DNA from: Candidatus Nanohalarchaeota archaeon QJJ-9
GTDB taxonomy: Archaea; Nanohalarchaeota; Nanosalinia; Nanosalinales; Nanoanaerosalinaceae
NCBI GenBank assembly: GCA_022865275.1
Contig: JALIDQ010000021.1
Location: 1 to 12,571 of the forward strand
DNA length: 12,571 bases
Reading direction: 5' to 3'
Shown here piece after piece: positions 1 to 7,116 of the stretch (position 1 is the stretch's first letter; every line of letters begins with the position of its first letter). The translations under genes and the position numbers were made by a program. The notes under the pieces were generated by a model. That model was not told the origin of the DNA. It did no database searches and saw nothing but the letters and a program-made list of their open reading frames with translations.

Positions 1-765
1 GCCTCCACCGCGTCTGGCGTTAGCCTGGTCCATATGGTGGAGTGTCAAGGTATGTGTAAAGTCTCGTTCCTTTTCCACTTCGCCTGTAGGAACGTCTACA
101 AGGTCAGCTACAGACTCGTCTGCTGTACCTTCCCATTCATCTCTTGCGTTTCCTAGCCGGTTGACTTTTCCTGAATCCGAGTCAATCCTTACTACATCGC
201 CTTCCCTTACTCCCTCGTTCTGGAGGGATGTCGCGACGTTTCTCCCTAAGCGAAGAGTCTTTGATTCGTCTTTTGTAGACAGGGTTATCGAGGCTTCTAC
301 AGCCTTTCTCTGCATAGGGTTCATTCCTCCAGCTCCCTGCTGTATATCGACTTCTTCGACCTTTCCTTCATAGACCTGGCGGGTTTCTTCTATCTTTACT
401 CCTAGAGCCCTTCTCAACTTCTCTTTAAGTACCTCAGTCTTGTCCTTGTCCGCTGAGAAGATTTCCGAACCGGTGAGCTGTACAAAAGGGATGTCCTGGC
501 CAAGTTCTTCTGCCATCCCTACAGCTATAGCGGTTTTTCCTGTTCCTGGAGGTCCTGCAAGAAGCATCGCTCTCCCAGCCAGTTTGCCTTTCTTTGCTAG
601 GTCGACTACGTGTCCTGCAGCTTCTCTTGCTTTTTCCTGACCGACCATCCCATCAGCAGATTTCTCAGCTTCTACTTCTTTGTTTAGACCTAAGCCGTGT
701 ATGTGTGAATGTGAGCCTACGCGTTCAAAGTCTTCCTGGACGTCTACTTCTTCTATCTCTACCAT
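1..765 (-). CDS. TIP49/RuvB-like (RuvBL1/2 family) AAA+ ATPase; N-terminal ~255 aa only, C-terminus runs off the window start
   Basis: The minus-strand reading frame is open from the ATG (complement of 763-765) to position 1. My translation begins MVEIEEVDVQEDFERVGSHSHIHGLGLNKEVEAEKSADGMVGQEKAREAAG. It continues with Walker A LLAGPPGTGKTAIAVGMAEELG and then IPFVQLTGSEIFSADKDKTEVL, QVYEGKVEEV and an OB-fold insertion ending VTLHHMDQANARRGG. This matches the conserved TIP49 N-terminal region, Walker A and domain II insertion. The ORF track omits it because it is open at the window edge. Confidence 0.85.
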   Translation of the reverse strand, partial: MVEIEEVDVQEDFERVGSHSHIHGLGLNKEVEAEKSADGMVGQEKAREAAGHVVDLAKKGKLAGRAMLLAGPPGTGKTAIAVGMAEELGQDIPFVQLTGSEIFSADKDKTEVLKEKLRRALGVKIEETRQVYEGKVEEVDIQQGAGGMNPMQRKAVEASITLSTKDESKTLRLGRNVATSLQNEGVREGDVVRIDSDSGKVNRLGNARDEWEGTADESVADLVDVPTGEVEKERDFTHTLTLHHMDQANARRGGG

Positions 766-792
766 AGAACCACCGGTTTTTGTTCGTGTGAA

Positions 793-808
793 GAAAAATT
801 TTTAACTC
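793..808 (-). promoter_or_regulatory. putative TIP49 promoter (GAGTTAAAAATTTTTC on minus strand)
   Basis: TTAAAAAT lies 33-40 nt upstream of the ATG at 765. The same AGTTAAAAA motif recurs. The element sits right at the end of the convergently-upstream permease gene. Confidence 0.35.
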
Positions 809-2152
809 TTATCCAAGCCTGCGGAAAACTTCCTTCCATACCACCACCGCTCCTGCAGTATATAGAGCCAGAGCGAACACCGACGAATAAATAGGGGAAG
901 AAACTATAGAGATCGAAAGAATCAGTAGAGGTACAAAGAGCAGAGAGCTGTAGAAGACAAACTTTACAAGCTTTCCTGAGTCGAAAAGCATTGTATTAGG
1001 TTTCATGCCTGTTAAAGTTACTGCTACAGCCAGTATATACGAGGAAGAGACCAATCCCGCAACTATTCCGTGGAAAAGTCCTAGAAGTGAGGAGTTAAGT
1101 AGGATAAACGCAGCGGTTTCTACTAAAAGGATTATAGGAACCACGAGGATGTAGAAACTTCTTACCTTGGAGCGGAGAAGCTCTTCTTCTGTCAGAGGTA
1201 GGAAAAGATAGTCTTCCTTCGAGTCGAAACGGTTCAGCCAGTTGTAGACAGATAGCGAAGCCATACCTAGCAGGATTCCTAAAACCATAACAGGAGTCCT
1301 TAGGAAGAGGTTAAACACCGGAAACAGCTCAAGCATGAAGTAGAAGACCGCGAAAAGCATCCCGAAGGAGAAGATTACTTTGAAAAACCCTCCACTGCTC
1401 CTCTGCAGGTCTACAAGGTTTTTAGCCTCGATTATGCCTGCTTTTTTAAGCTTCTGGTAAATATCGGCTCTTTTCTTAGGTCTTGTGTGCTTCTCGTACC
1501 CGAAAAACACTGAACAGAACCAGAACAGGAGTAAAGGAACTACCAAAGCAAAGGAAAAAAGCTCTATAGACGGTCTAAGATAAAATAGAAAGGCGATGTT
1601 AAGGTTCAACAGGCTGAAGGGCGTGTAAAAAGCGGATAAACCTATAAAAACTACCAATAACCCAAATACTAGCTTAGAAAGGCGTGAATAGGCTACTGAT
1701 ATAATAAAAGTTATAGATATCCCTAAAAGAAAGGCTAGAGTGTAGGATACAAGAGACAAGAGGAAAGCAGCCGGACTAGGAGAGAAAGCCAGAAAGCCCA
1801 GGTTTAGTGGTAGTATAAAGAAGGCGAAGTAGTAGATTATATCTTTTACAAGGAAAGTCAGAAGAATCCTCACCTTCCCTACCGGAAGAGTTCTCGAGGA
1901 GAAGATAAGAAGGTTCATCTCTCCTAGAACGTTCTTTATGCCGCTTCTGCTAACGAATCCTATCCCTCCGACGTTAAGACCAAAAAACAGGACTAAAAAA
2001 TGCATTCCTAATTGTATATCGTAAATAGAAAACCTTAGAAAGTTCATAAAGTAAAATACCAGGAAAGAAACTATGAAAATCACAGCAGGAAATAAAGCGA
2101 ACCTTTTGCTGCCGAAGACCTCGGAATGCATCCGCCATTCCTCTTTAAGCAT
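809..2152 (-). CDS. ABC transporter permease (polytopic membrane subunit of an ABC exporter)
   Basis: 447-aa ORF with about 10-12 hydrophobic helices along its whole length. Its start lies 5 nt downstream of the stop of the ABC ATPase gene on the same strand, so operon arrangement. There is no soluble domain. Confidence 0.65.
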   Translation of the reverse strand: MLKEEWRMHSEVFGSKRFALFPAVIFIVSFLVFYFMNFLRFSIYDIQLGMHFLVLFFGLNVGGIGFVSRSGIKNVLGEMNLLIFSSRTLPVGKVRILLTFLVKDIIYYFAFFILPLNLGFLAFSPSPAAFLLSLVSYTLAFLLGISITFIISVAYSRLSKLVFGLLVVFIGLSAFYTPFSLLNLNIAFLFYLRPSIELFSFALVVPLLLFWFCSVFFGYEKHTRPKKRADIYQKLKKAGIIEAKNLVDLQRSSGGFFKVIFSFGMLFAVFYFMLELFPVFNLFLRTPVMVLGILLGMASLSVYNWLNRFDSKEDYLFLPLTEEELLRSKVRSFYILVVPIILLVETAAFILLNSSLLGLFHGIVAGLVSSSYILAVAVTLTGMKPNTMLFDSGKLVKFVFYSSLLFVPLLILSISIVSSPIYSSVFALALYTAGAVVVWKEVFRRLG

Positions 2153-2156
2153 TTCT

Positions 2157-2867
2157 CTAAGAACTATCGGTATCTACCTCCTCTAGAAAGGCGTGGGTAA
2201 GGTCTCCTTCTATCTCGTCGATAGGAGAGGTTTTGACAAGCCTACCTTCCTTAAGGATTCCTACCCTGGTACAGACCTCTTCTGCAAGAGACATGACATG
2301 TGTGGAAAGGAATAAGGTTTTCCCTTCGCTATGATACTCTTTAAAGTAACTCTTGACCTTTTCCTGTATTACGGGGTCCAGGTTTATAAGAGGCTCGTCT
2401 ATGAAGACTAGTTCAGGCTCATGGATAAACGCCTGAGTTATCATGACCTTCTGCTTCTCTCCTTTCGAAAGGTCTTTGTTCATCTTGTCCAGACTGTCTT
2501 TGAATTCTAGTCGGTCCGACCACTCGGACACCTTTTCCTCTAATCCCTCTATTTTACGGATATTCCCAACGAATTCGAAGTATTCTCTTGGGGTTAGGAA
2601 GGAAGGTGGGTCTTCTCTTTCTGGAAGTATCCCTACTTTTCCACGGACTTTCTTGGGCTTTCTTGTAGGATCGGTACCTAACACGCGTGCCTTGCCCCTG
2701 TCCGGCTGTATCTGTCCTGTGAGGATGTTTATGGTAGTAGTCTTCCCTGCTCCGTTCGGCCCTATAAAACCGAAGAGTTTGCCTTTCTCCACTGTGAGAT
2801 TAAGCTGGTCCAGGGCTCTGACTTCGCCGAAGCTTTTTTCGAGGTTTTCTGTATTTACTGCTTGCAT
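2157..2867 (-). CDS. ABC transporter ATP-binding protein
   Basis: 236 aa. Walker A GPNGAGKTTT. ABC signature variant LSKGEKQKV. Walker B LVFIDEPLINLD. H-loop LSTH. Q-loop region present. Confidence 0.9.
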   Translation of the reverse strand: MQAVNTENLEKSFGEVRALDQLNLTVEKGKLFGFIGPNGAGKTTTINILTGQIQPDRGKARVLGTDPTRKPKKVRGKVGILPEREDPPSFLTPREYFEFVGNIRKIEGLEEKVSEWSDRLEFKDSLDKMNKDLSKGEKQKVMITQAFIHEPELVFIDEPLINLDPVIQEKVKSYFKEYHSEGKTLFLSTHVMSLAEEVCTRVGILKEGRLVKTSPIDEIEGDLTHAFLEEVDTDSS

Positions 2868-2888
2868 CTGTTGTTAAGATTATTGTTC

Positions 2889-2910
2889 TCCAGGTTTTTA
2901 CAGTTTACCG
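2889..2910 (-). promoter_or_regulatory. putative promoter (BRE/TATA: GGTAAACTGTAAAAAC on minus strand) of the ABC ATPase-permease operon
   Basis: TATA-like TGTAAAAAC lies about 27-34 nt upstream of the ATG at 2867. It matches the local cAGTT-AAAAA consensus seen at other starts. Confidence 0.4.
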
Positions 2911-2990
2911 AAGAGAGAAAAAAGAGAGGGAAAGGGATTGAAAAACGAGTGTAAAACTGTCTTGCCTCTCCCTCTCAAGATTGAACAAGA

Positions 2991-3257
2991 CTACAGGAAA
3001 CCGTATCCATGGGCTTCCTCTATCTCGAAATGCTTGATCAGGTCTTCTGTTGTCTTAGCCGCTTTCTGGCTCACTTTCTCGTGGTATTTCTGGACTAGAT
3101 CTCGTGCTTTCCTGTCTATTCCTGGCCAATCCTTAAGGTCTAGTTCCCTGAAATACTCCCGCCACTTTTTCTCATCCGGTTCCTTTGCTAGATCTTTAAG
3201 CGACTGTCCTCTATAGAAGTCCTTCCAATCGATCGAATACTCACTCAGTTCTACCAC
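2991..3257 (-). CDS. small hypothetical protein (88 aa, charged K/E/D/W-rich, soluble)
   Basis: Protein-like composition and host-like codon usage (AAG, GAG, AGG). The overlapping plus-strand ORF 2938..3216 is S/L/R-rich and looks like an antisense artefact. The start is GTG (complement of 3255-3257) directly abutted by GGAGG. No family recognised. Confidence 0.5.
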   Translation of the reverse strand: MVELSEYSIDWKDFYRGQSLKDLAKEPDEKKWREYFRELDLKDWPGIDRKARDLVQKYHEKVSQKAAKTTEDLIKHFEIEEAHGYGFL

Positions 3258-3365
3258 CTCCTTTGAGGAGGTTGTATAGTTTATGTGACTCGTTCTTTAT
3301 TAAACAGGCTGTTTACAAATGTTATCTCAGGCTCTATACACAACTTATTAACTGATTTCAGGGGG

Positions 3366-4394
3366 CTAGCTTGAGTAGAATACCTTGACTGAGAGGGTAG
3401 AAGCGGATAGCCCGCCTATGAAAAGATTGACCCAGTAGGAGAACAAACGGAACAGTAGGACTGATGCAGCTGCAACTGGAGGCGAAACGCCTCCTAAAGC
3501 GACTAGAAATGAGATAAGGGCGAATTCAACCCCCCCAACCCCACCAGGTAGCGGAAGGTAGTTCGCAAGCATTGATGCGGGAAGTATCAAGATGAGGGGG
3601 ATGAATGAGATTTCTGAACCGAGCGAACGTAGCAGGAAGAAAACTGCGGCTATACCTGAAAACCCTGCGATATGGGAGAAGAATAGGGCTATTGAGACTT
3701 CTTTTTTACGCGTCAATAACCCTTCCATCACTAGGTAGAATCTTTCTCCTTTCTCCTCCATCCAGTCCTGGTCCCAGTGTTCTACAATGCTTAAGAATCC
3801 AGCTGTCTCCTCCCCAATATCTTCAAGCTTAGAACCTGTCCAGCCTAGAAACCCGATTACCGCATCCTTTCTGTACCAGAGGAGGGATAGGAAGATTGAT
3901 AGGGCTATTATAGCTGATAGAACTCCTAAAAAAACTGTATCCATCCCTTCAGAGATTCCAAAGTATATGGTGTAGGTGAAAAGTCCTAGGACTGAGATGG
4001 TAAAGAACTGGAACGCGTTTACTACGTCTGCAGCTACTGCGGCTCCAAATGCTTTATCGAGAGGTATACCCGACCTTTTGTGTAGTACATAGGCGATAAA
4101 AGGCTCTCCTCCGAACTGGCCGAGAGGTGTTATCGAGTTTGCGAAATGCGCCGCATAGAATGTTTTTATTCCTTGGATAAAGCTTAGTCCTGTTGTTTCC
4201 CTTACTGTAAACCACCAGGCAATTCCGAACATGAATACTATAAGAAGGGAGAAGAACGCTCCTGGAACCATAAGACCTATATCGACCCTATAAAGGGTGG
4301 ATAAAAGCCTTTCCCAGCCTACGGAGTATATAAAAACTGCGATTATCGCAAGTCCTGCTATAAAACCTGCGGCTGTTTTTAATTTTCTCCTCAT
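3366..4394 (-). CDS. flippase-like / UPF0104 (COG0392, lysylphosphatidylglycerol-synthase TM-region-like) integral membrane protein
   Basis: 342 aa with about 8 TM helices. It has the family-typical C-terminal motif NYLPLPGGVGGVEFALISFL plus a following helix. The start lies 10 nt after the stop of the upstream membrane-protein gene on the same strand, so probably an operon. A paralog lies at 11953..12571. Confidence 0.65.
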   Translation of the reverse strand: MRRKLKTAAGFIAGLAIIAVFIYSVGWERLLSTLYRVDIGLMVPGAFFSLLIVFMFGIAWWFTVRETTGLSFIQGIKTFYAAHFANSITPLGQFGGEPFIAYVLHKRSGIPLDKAFGAAVAADVVNAFQFFTISVLGLFTYTIYFGISEGMDTVFLGVLSAIIALSIFLSLLWYRKDAVIGFLGWTGSKLEDIGEETAGFLSIVEHWDQDWMEEKGERFYLVMEGLLTRKKEVSIALFFSHIAGFSGIAAVFFLLRSLGSEISFIPLILILPASMLANYLPLPGGVGGVEFALISFLVALGGVSPPVAAASVLLFRLFSYWVNLFIGGLSASTLSVKVFYSS

Positions 4395-4404
4395 TTTTAG
4401 ACCT

Positions 4405-6000
4405 CTATAGTGCTATAAAGATTAGTGAGATGTAGTAAAGTAGGAGGGAGATAGGTACAAGCCTTCCCATAACATTAAGTGTGGCGATAAGTCTTCCATA
4501 GTTTCCTCCGAGGATATTTACGTTCTCTAGTTTTTCTTCTGATATACCTGCTTCTGCAGATTCTAAATTCTCTTCTGATTCCCTAACCGATTCGATTATC
4601 TCCTCCTTCTCTGCTGGAGGAGGGTTCGCTATGAGGGATAGCTGTTGGTGCGTGTCTGTGGTTAGAAGCAGGTTCTCGTCAAACTCGAGCTCTTTTTCTA
4701 CCTCTTTAAGGACCGGAGGCTTTCCATTGGCGTTCATTACTATTTGAACGGTTTTTTGGTCTCCTAACTCCTCTACAAGGATGGAATAGCCTTTCTGGAT
4801 TTTGAATCCTGCTCTATAATCCTTTAGCTCGGCTTCCTCTAGCTTCTGTACTAGAGATTCGATTCCTTCTCTGAGAATCTTGGACCTAGGATCCATCGGC
4901 TGTACTGGTTTGCCTTCTCCGTCCATAGGCTGGTTGTGCATGTCTATGAGAGTAAGGTTTTCATGGTCTTCTTTGATATCGTATATCATGGATGGATCGT
5001 AGTCGTCTACATCTTTGTTCTGTATGAAGACTATCTTGCTGTCTCCGTACATTCTTCCCCAGAATTTAAACCCTCCTTTATCTCCTTTAAGCAGCTTTGA
5101 AGCTTTGGAGGACTTTTCTGCCTCAGGAGGTGATTTAAACCTCTCGACTTCCTCAGGATCGGCGAGGTCCATGGAATGCGCGGAAGGTACGTGGAGGAAG
5201 AAAGAACTCTCGTCCACCAGCTCTGGTATAAGGTTTCCTCCACCGAAACCGCTCACAGGACCGGGGTGAATCCATGGGATATAAAACCTAGCCTTCTCCT
5301 TGCCTTCTATCTCTAGGGACTGGTTGTATACGTGCGTCTCTATGTAATCCTCTATAGCCTTTTCCTCATCCAGTATTACGTTGGATAGAAAGTCTAGGGC
5401 GGATATGCTTTTGGAGTTGGCTTTGATCACGAATTCAAATATCAAAAGTGTTAATCCGAGGAGTATGCTAGTAATGAAAAACAAAGTGCTGTTATGGATG
5501 TAAACCATACGGGAAACGCCTACATTACTTCCTACAAAGGTATGGAATACTGCAAGAAGCCATAACGGATATATGAGAGGATAGGCGAAGTTAGTAAAAT
5601 ATTTCCTCCTTCCCCGTCCTCCAACCAGTCCTAAGATACCTAGAAGGTAGACTGTAGCTAGTCCCAGCCACATCAATGACCATATATGGGAAGATGGGAG
5701 CGGGATTATAAGTGAGAATCCGAAGACTGTTATCTGGTCTATAAATGACATTGAATAGGTCCATTTGCGGGATAGTTTGCTTAGGGAGGCTAATAGTTCT
5801 CCATTGATTACTGAGGGTATTATGTAGAGTAGTAGGGAAAGTATAGGCACCCATAATAGTTTTTGATCAAAAATCAGGAATGCTATAGCTCCATTTACCG
5901 AGCCAAAGAGAATTCCTACCAGAAGATTCAGGATTAGGAGCTTCTTGAGTGATGGAGAACGGAAGATTACTTTCCTGTACCCTGATAGGTCTTCTGGCAT
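4405..6000 (-). CDS. large membrane protein: N-terminal polytopic region (~230 aa, 6-8 TM) plus C-terminal ~300-aa soluble domain; possibly COG3356/DUF2070-like archaeal membrane protein
   Basis: The ORF track extends this ORF to 6045, but that start is TTG (complement of 6043-6045) and lies inside an AT-rich promoter. The ATG at 5998-6000 (MPEDLSGYRK...) sits about 25 nt downstream of a TATAAAAAT element on this strand. The hydrophobic N-terminal half is followed by a charged C-terminal half (…IPWIHPGPVSGFGGGNL…). The family assignment is from memory and weak. Confidence 0.6.
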   Translation of the reverse strand: MPEDLSGYRKVIFRSPSLKKLLILNLLVGILFGSVNGAIAFLIFDQKLLWVPILSLLLYIIPSVINGELLASLSKLSRKWTYSMSFIDQITVFGFSLIIPLPSSHIWSLMWLGLATVYLLGILGLVGGRGRRKYFTNFAYPLIYPLWLLAVFHTFVGSNVGVSRMVYIHNSTLFFITSILLGLTLLIFEFVIKANSKSISALDFLSNVILDEEKAIEDYIETHVYNQSLEIEGKEKARFYIPWIHPGPVSGFGGGNLIPELVDESSFFLHVPSAHSMDLADPEEVERFKSPPEAEKSSKASKLLKGDKGGFKFWGRMYGDSKIVFIQNKDVDDYDPSMIYDIKEDHENLTLIDMHNQPMDGEGKPVQPMDPRSKILREGIESLVQKLEEAELKDYRAGFKIQKGYSILVEELGDQKTVQIVMNANGKPPVLKEVEKELEFDENLLLTTDTHQQLSLIANPPPAEKEEIIESVRESEENLESAEAGISEEKLENVNILGGNYGRLIATLNVMGRLVPISLLLYYISLIFIAL

Positions 6001-6020
6001 ATTGTTAAGAAAAAGTATAT

Positions 6021-6040
6021 CCAGATTTTTATAGATAGTA
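6021..6040. promoter_or_regulatory. shared TATA element (atttttatagatag) of a bidirectional promoter between the divergent membrane-protein (ATG 6000) and stomatin (ATG 6064) genes
   Basis: A single AT-rich TATA-like element is centred near 6030. It lies about 30 nt from each divergent ATG, consistent with leaderless transcripts in both directions. Confidence 0.4.
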
Positions 6041-6063
6041 GACAAAGGTTTGGAAGGATAGTT

Positions 6064-7044
6064 ATGCCAAATGTAAATTCACAGGTAGCTATCGGAGGCC
6101 AGGGCTTTGATAGTTCTAGAGGAGGGAGCGGATCATCTGCAAAAACTGTAGCAAGCTTTTTACTCTTTGTAATGCTTGGTATAGGGGGAGGATACGTTTA
6201 TGGACCTATCGTAGGATTTATAGGTCTTTTAGTGACTGCGCTGTTCTATTTCTCGATAGTCATAAATCAGGAGTACGAGAGAGCTGTTGTATTCCGCCTA
6301 GGAAGCTATGATAGGGTTCTGGGGCCTGGATTAAACTTTAAGATACCTTTCTTTGAGTGGGTTGAAAAGATAGATTACAGAGTCAAATCTACTAATGTAG
6401 AACCACAGAAAGTACTAACTAAGGACAACGTAACCGTCCAGGTAGACGCGATAGTTTACTATAGAGTAAGAAAGGAAGATGATGAGGTCGCTAAAGCACT
6501 TCTTGAGGTTGAAGACTTCAACCAAGTAACTGTCAGATACGCCCAGACGAAGCTGAGGGATCTCGTAGGTTCGAAGGAGCTGGACACTATTCTTCAAAAG
6601 AGAGAGGAAGTGGCTAACGAGCTTGAAGAAGACCTAGACAAGGCTACCAACGATTTCGGAGTGAAGATAAGAGATGTGGAGCTTCAGGATGTCTCGATTC
6701 CAAACGAGATGGAGAGGGCTATGGCTGCACAGGCTGAAGCTGAAAGGAACAGGCGTGCAAAGATCAAGGAAGCACAAGGAGAACTTCAGGCTGCAGCAAG
6801 GATGCGAGCCGCGTCTGATATTCTTGGAAAAAGAGGTTATCAGCTAAGGACTCTTGAAACCCTTGACAATGTGGCACAGGAGAATTCTACGATTTTAACC
6901 ATCCCAGCGGAGCTTATGCCTTCGGAGGCAACGGATGAGGAGGAGTCTCCTGTACAGAACATAGTGGACAACGTCCTTGAGAATGTTGATTTAGATGATC
7001 TGGTTCAGGAAAGCAAGGATATAACAGAGATTGCTGAGGAGTAG
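6064..7044 (+). CDS. stomatin / SPFH (band 7, PHB-domain) protein, p-stomatin type
   Basis: N-terminal hydrophobic hairpin, then QEYERAVVFRLGSYDRVLGPGLNFKIPF…TKDNVTVQVDAIVYYRV…IRDVELQDVSIPNEMERAMAAQAEAERNRRAKI. This is a close match to the archaeal stomatin core (e.g. Pyrococcus PH1511-like) with a C-terminal coiled coil. A TATA (tttttatag) lies about 29 nt upstream of the ATG. Confidence 0.9.
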   Translation: MPNVNSQVAIGGQGFDSSRGGSGSSAKTVASFLLFVMLGIGGGYVYGPIVGFIGLLVTALFYFSIVINQEYERAVVFRLGSYDRVLGPGLNFKIPFFEWVEKIDYRVKSTNVEPQKVLTKDNVTVQVDAIVYYRVRKEDDEVAKALLEVEDFNQVTVRYAQTKLRDLVGSKELDTILQKREEVANELEEDLDKATNDFGVKIRDVELQDVSIPNEMERAMAAQAEAERNRRAKIKEAQGELQAAARMRAASDILGKRGYQLRTLETLDNVAQENSTILTIPAELMPSEATDEEESPVQNIVDNVLENVDLDDLVQESKDITEIAEE

Positions 7045-7050
7045 CTTCCT

Positions 7051-7068
7051 TCTCCTCTTTCTTTTTTC
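7051..7068 (+). terminator. pyrimidine/oligo-T tract (ctcctctttcttttttcc) downstream of stomatin stop; archaeal-type terminator
   Basis: T-rich run immediately after the TAG at 7042-7044 and before the next gene's TATA box. Confidence 0.35.
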
Positions 7069-7116
7069 CGAGGATAAACCATTTTATAGATTGGATTAAA
7101 CCTTTTCGGTAGGAAA

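Noticed and set aside
161-640. Plus-strand ORFs 161..373 and 440..640
   Set aside because: They lie antisense to the TIP49 coding sequence. The translations are S/P/F-rich and low-complexity with no motifs. Shadow ORFs.
2443-3216. Plus-strand ORFs 2443..2877 and 2938..3216
   Set aside because: Antisense to the ABC ATPase gene and to the 88-aa gene. The composition is S/L/R/F-rich, typical of reverse-strand artefacts.
3605-3975. Plus-strand ORFs 3605..3832 and 3787..3975
   Set aside because: Embedded antisense in the flippase-like gene. No supporting signals.
5015-5854. ORFs 5015..5269 (+), 5031..5243 (-), 5591..5854 (-)
   Set aside because: They are out-of-frame or antisense overlaps inside the 531-aa membrane-protein gene. 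The larger ORF is coherent and they are not.
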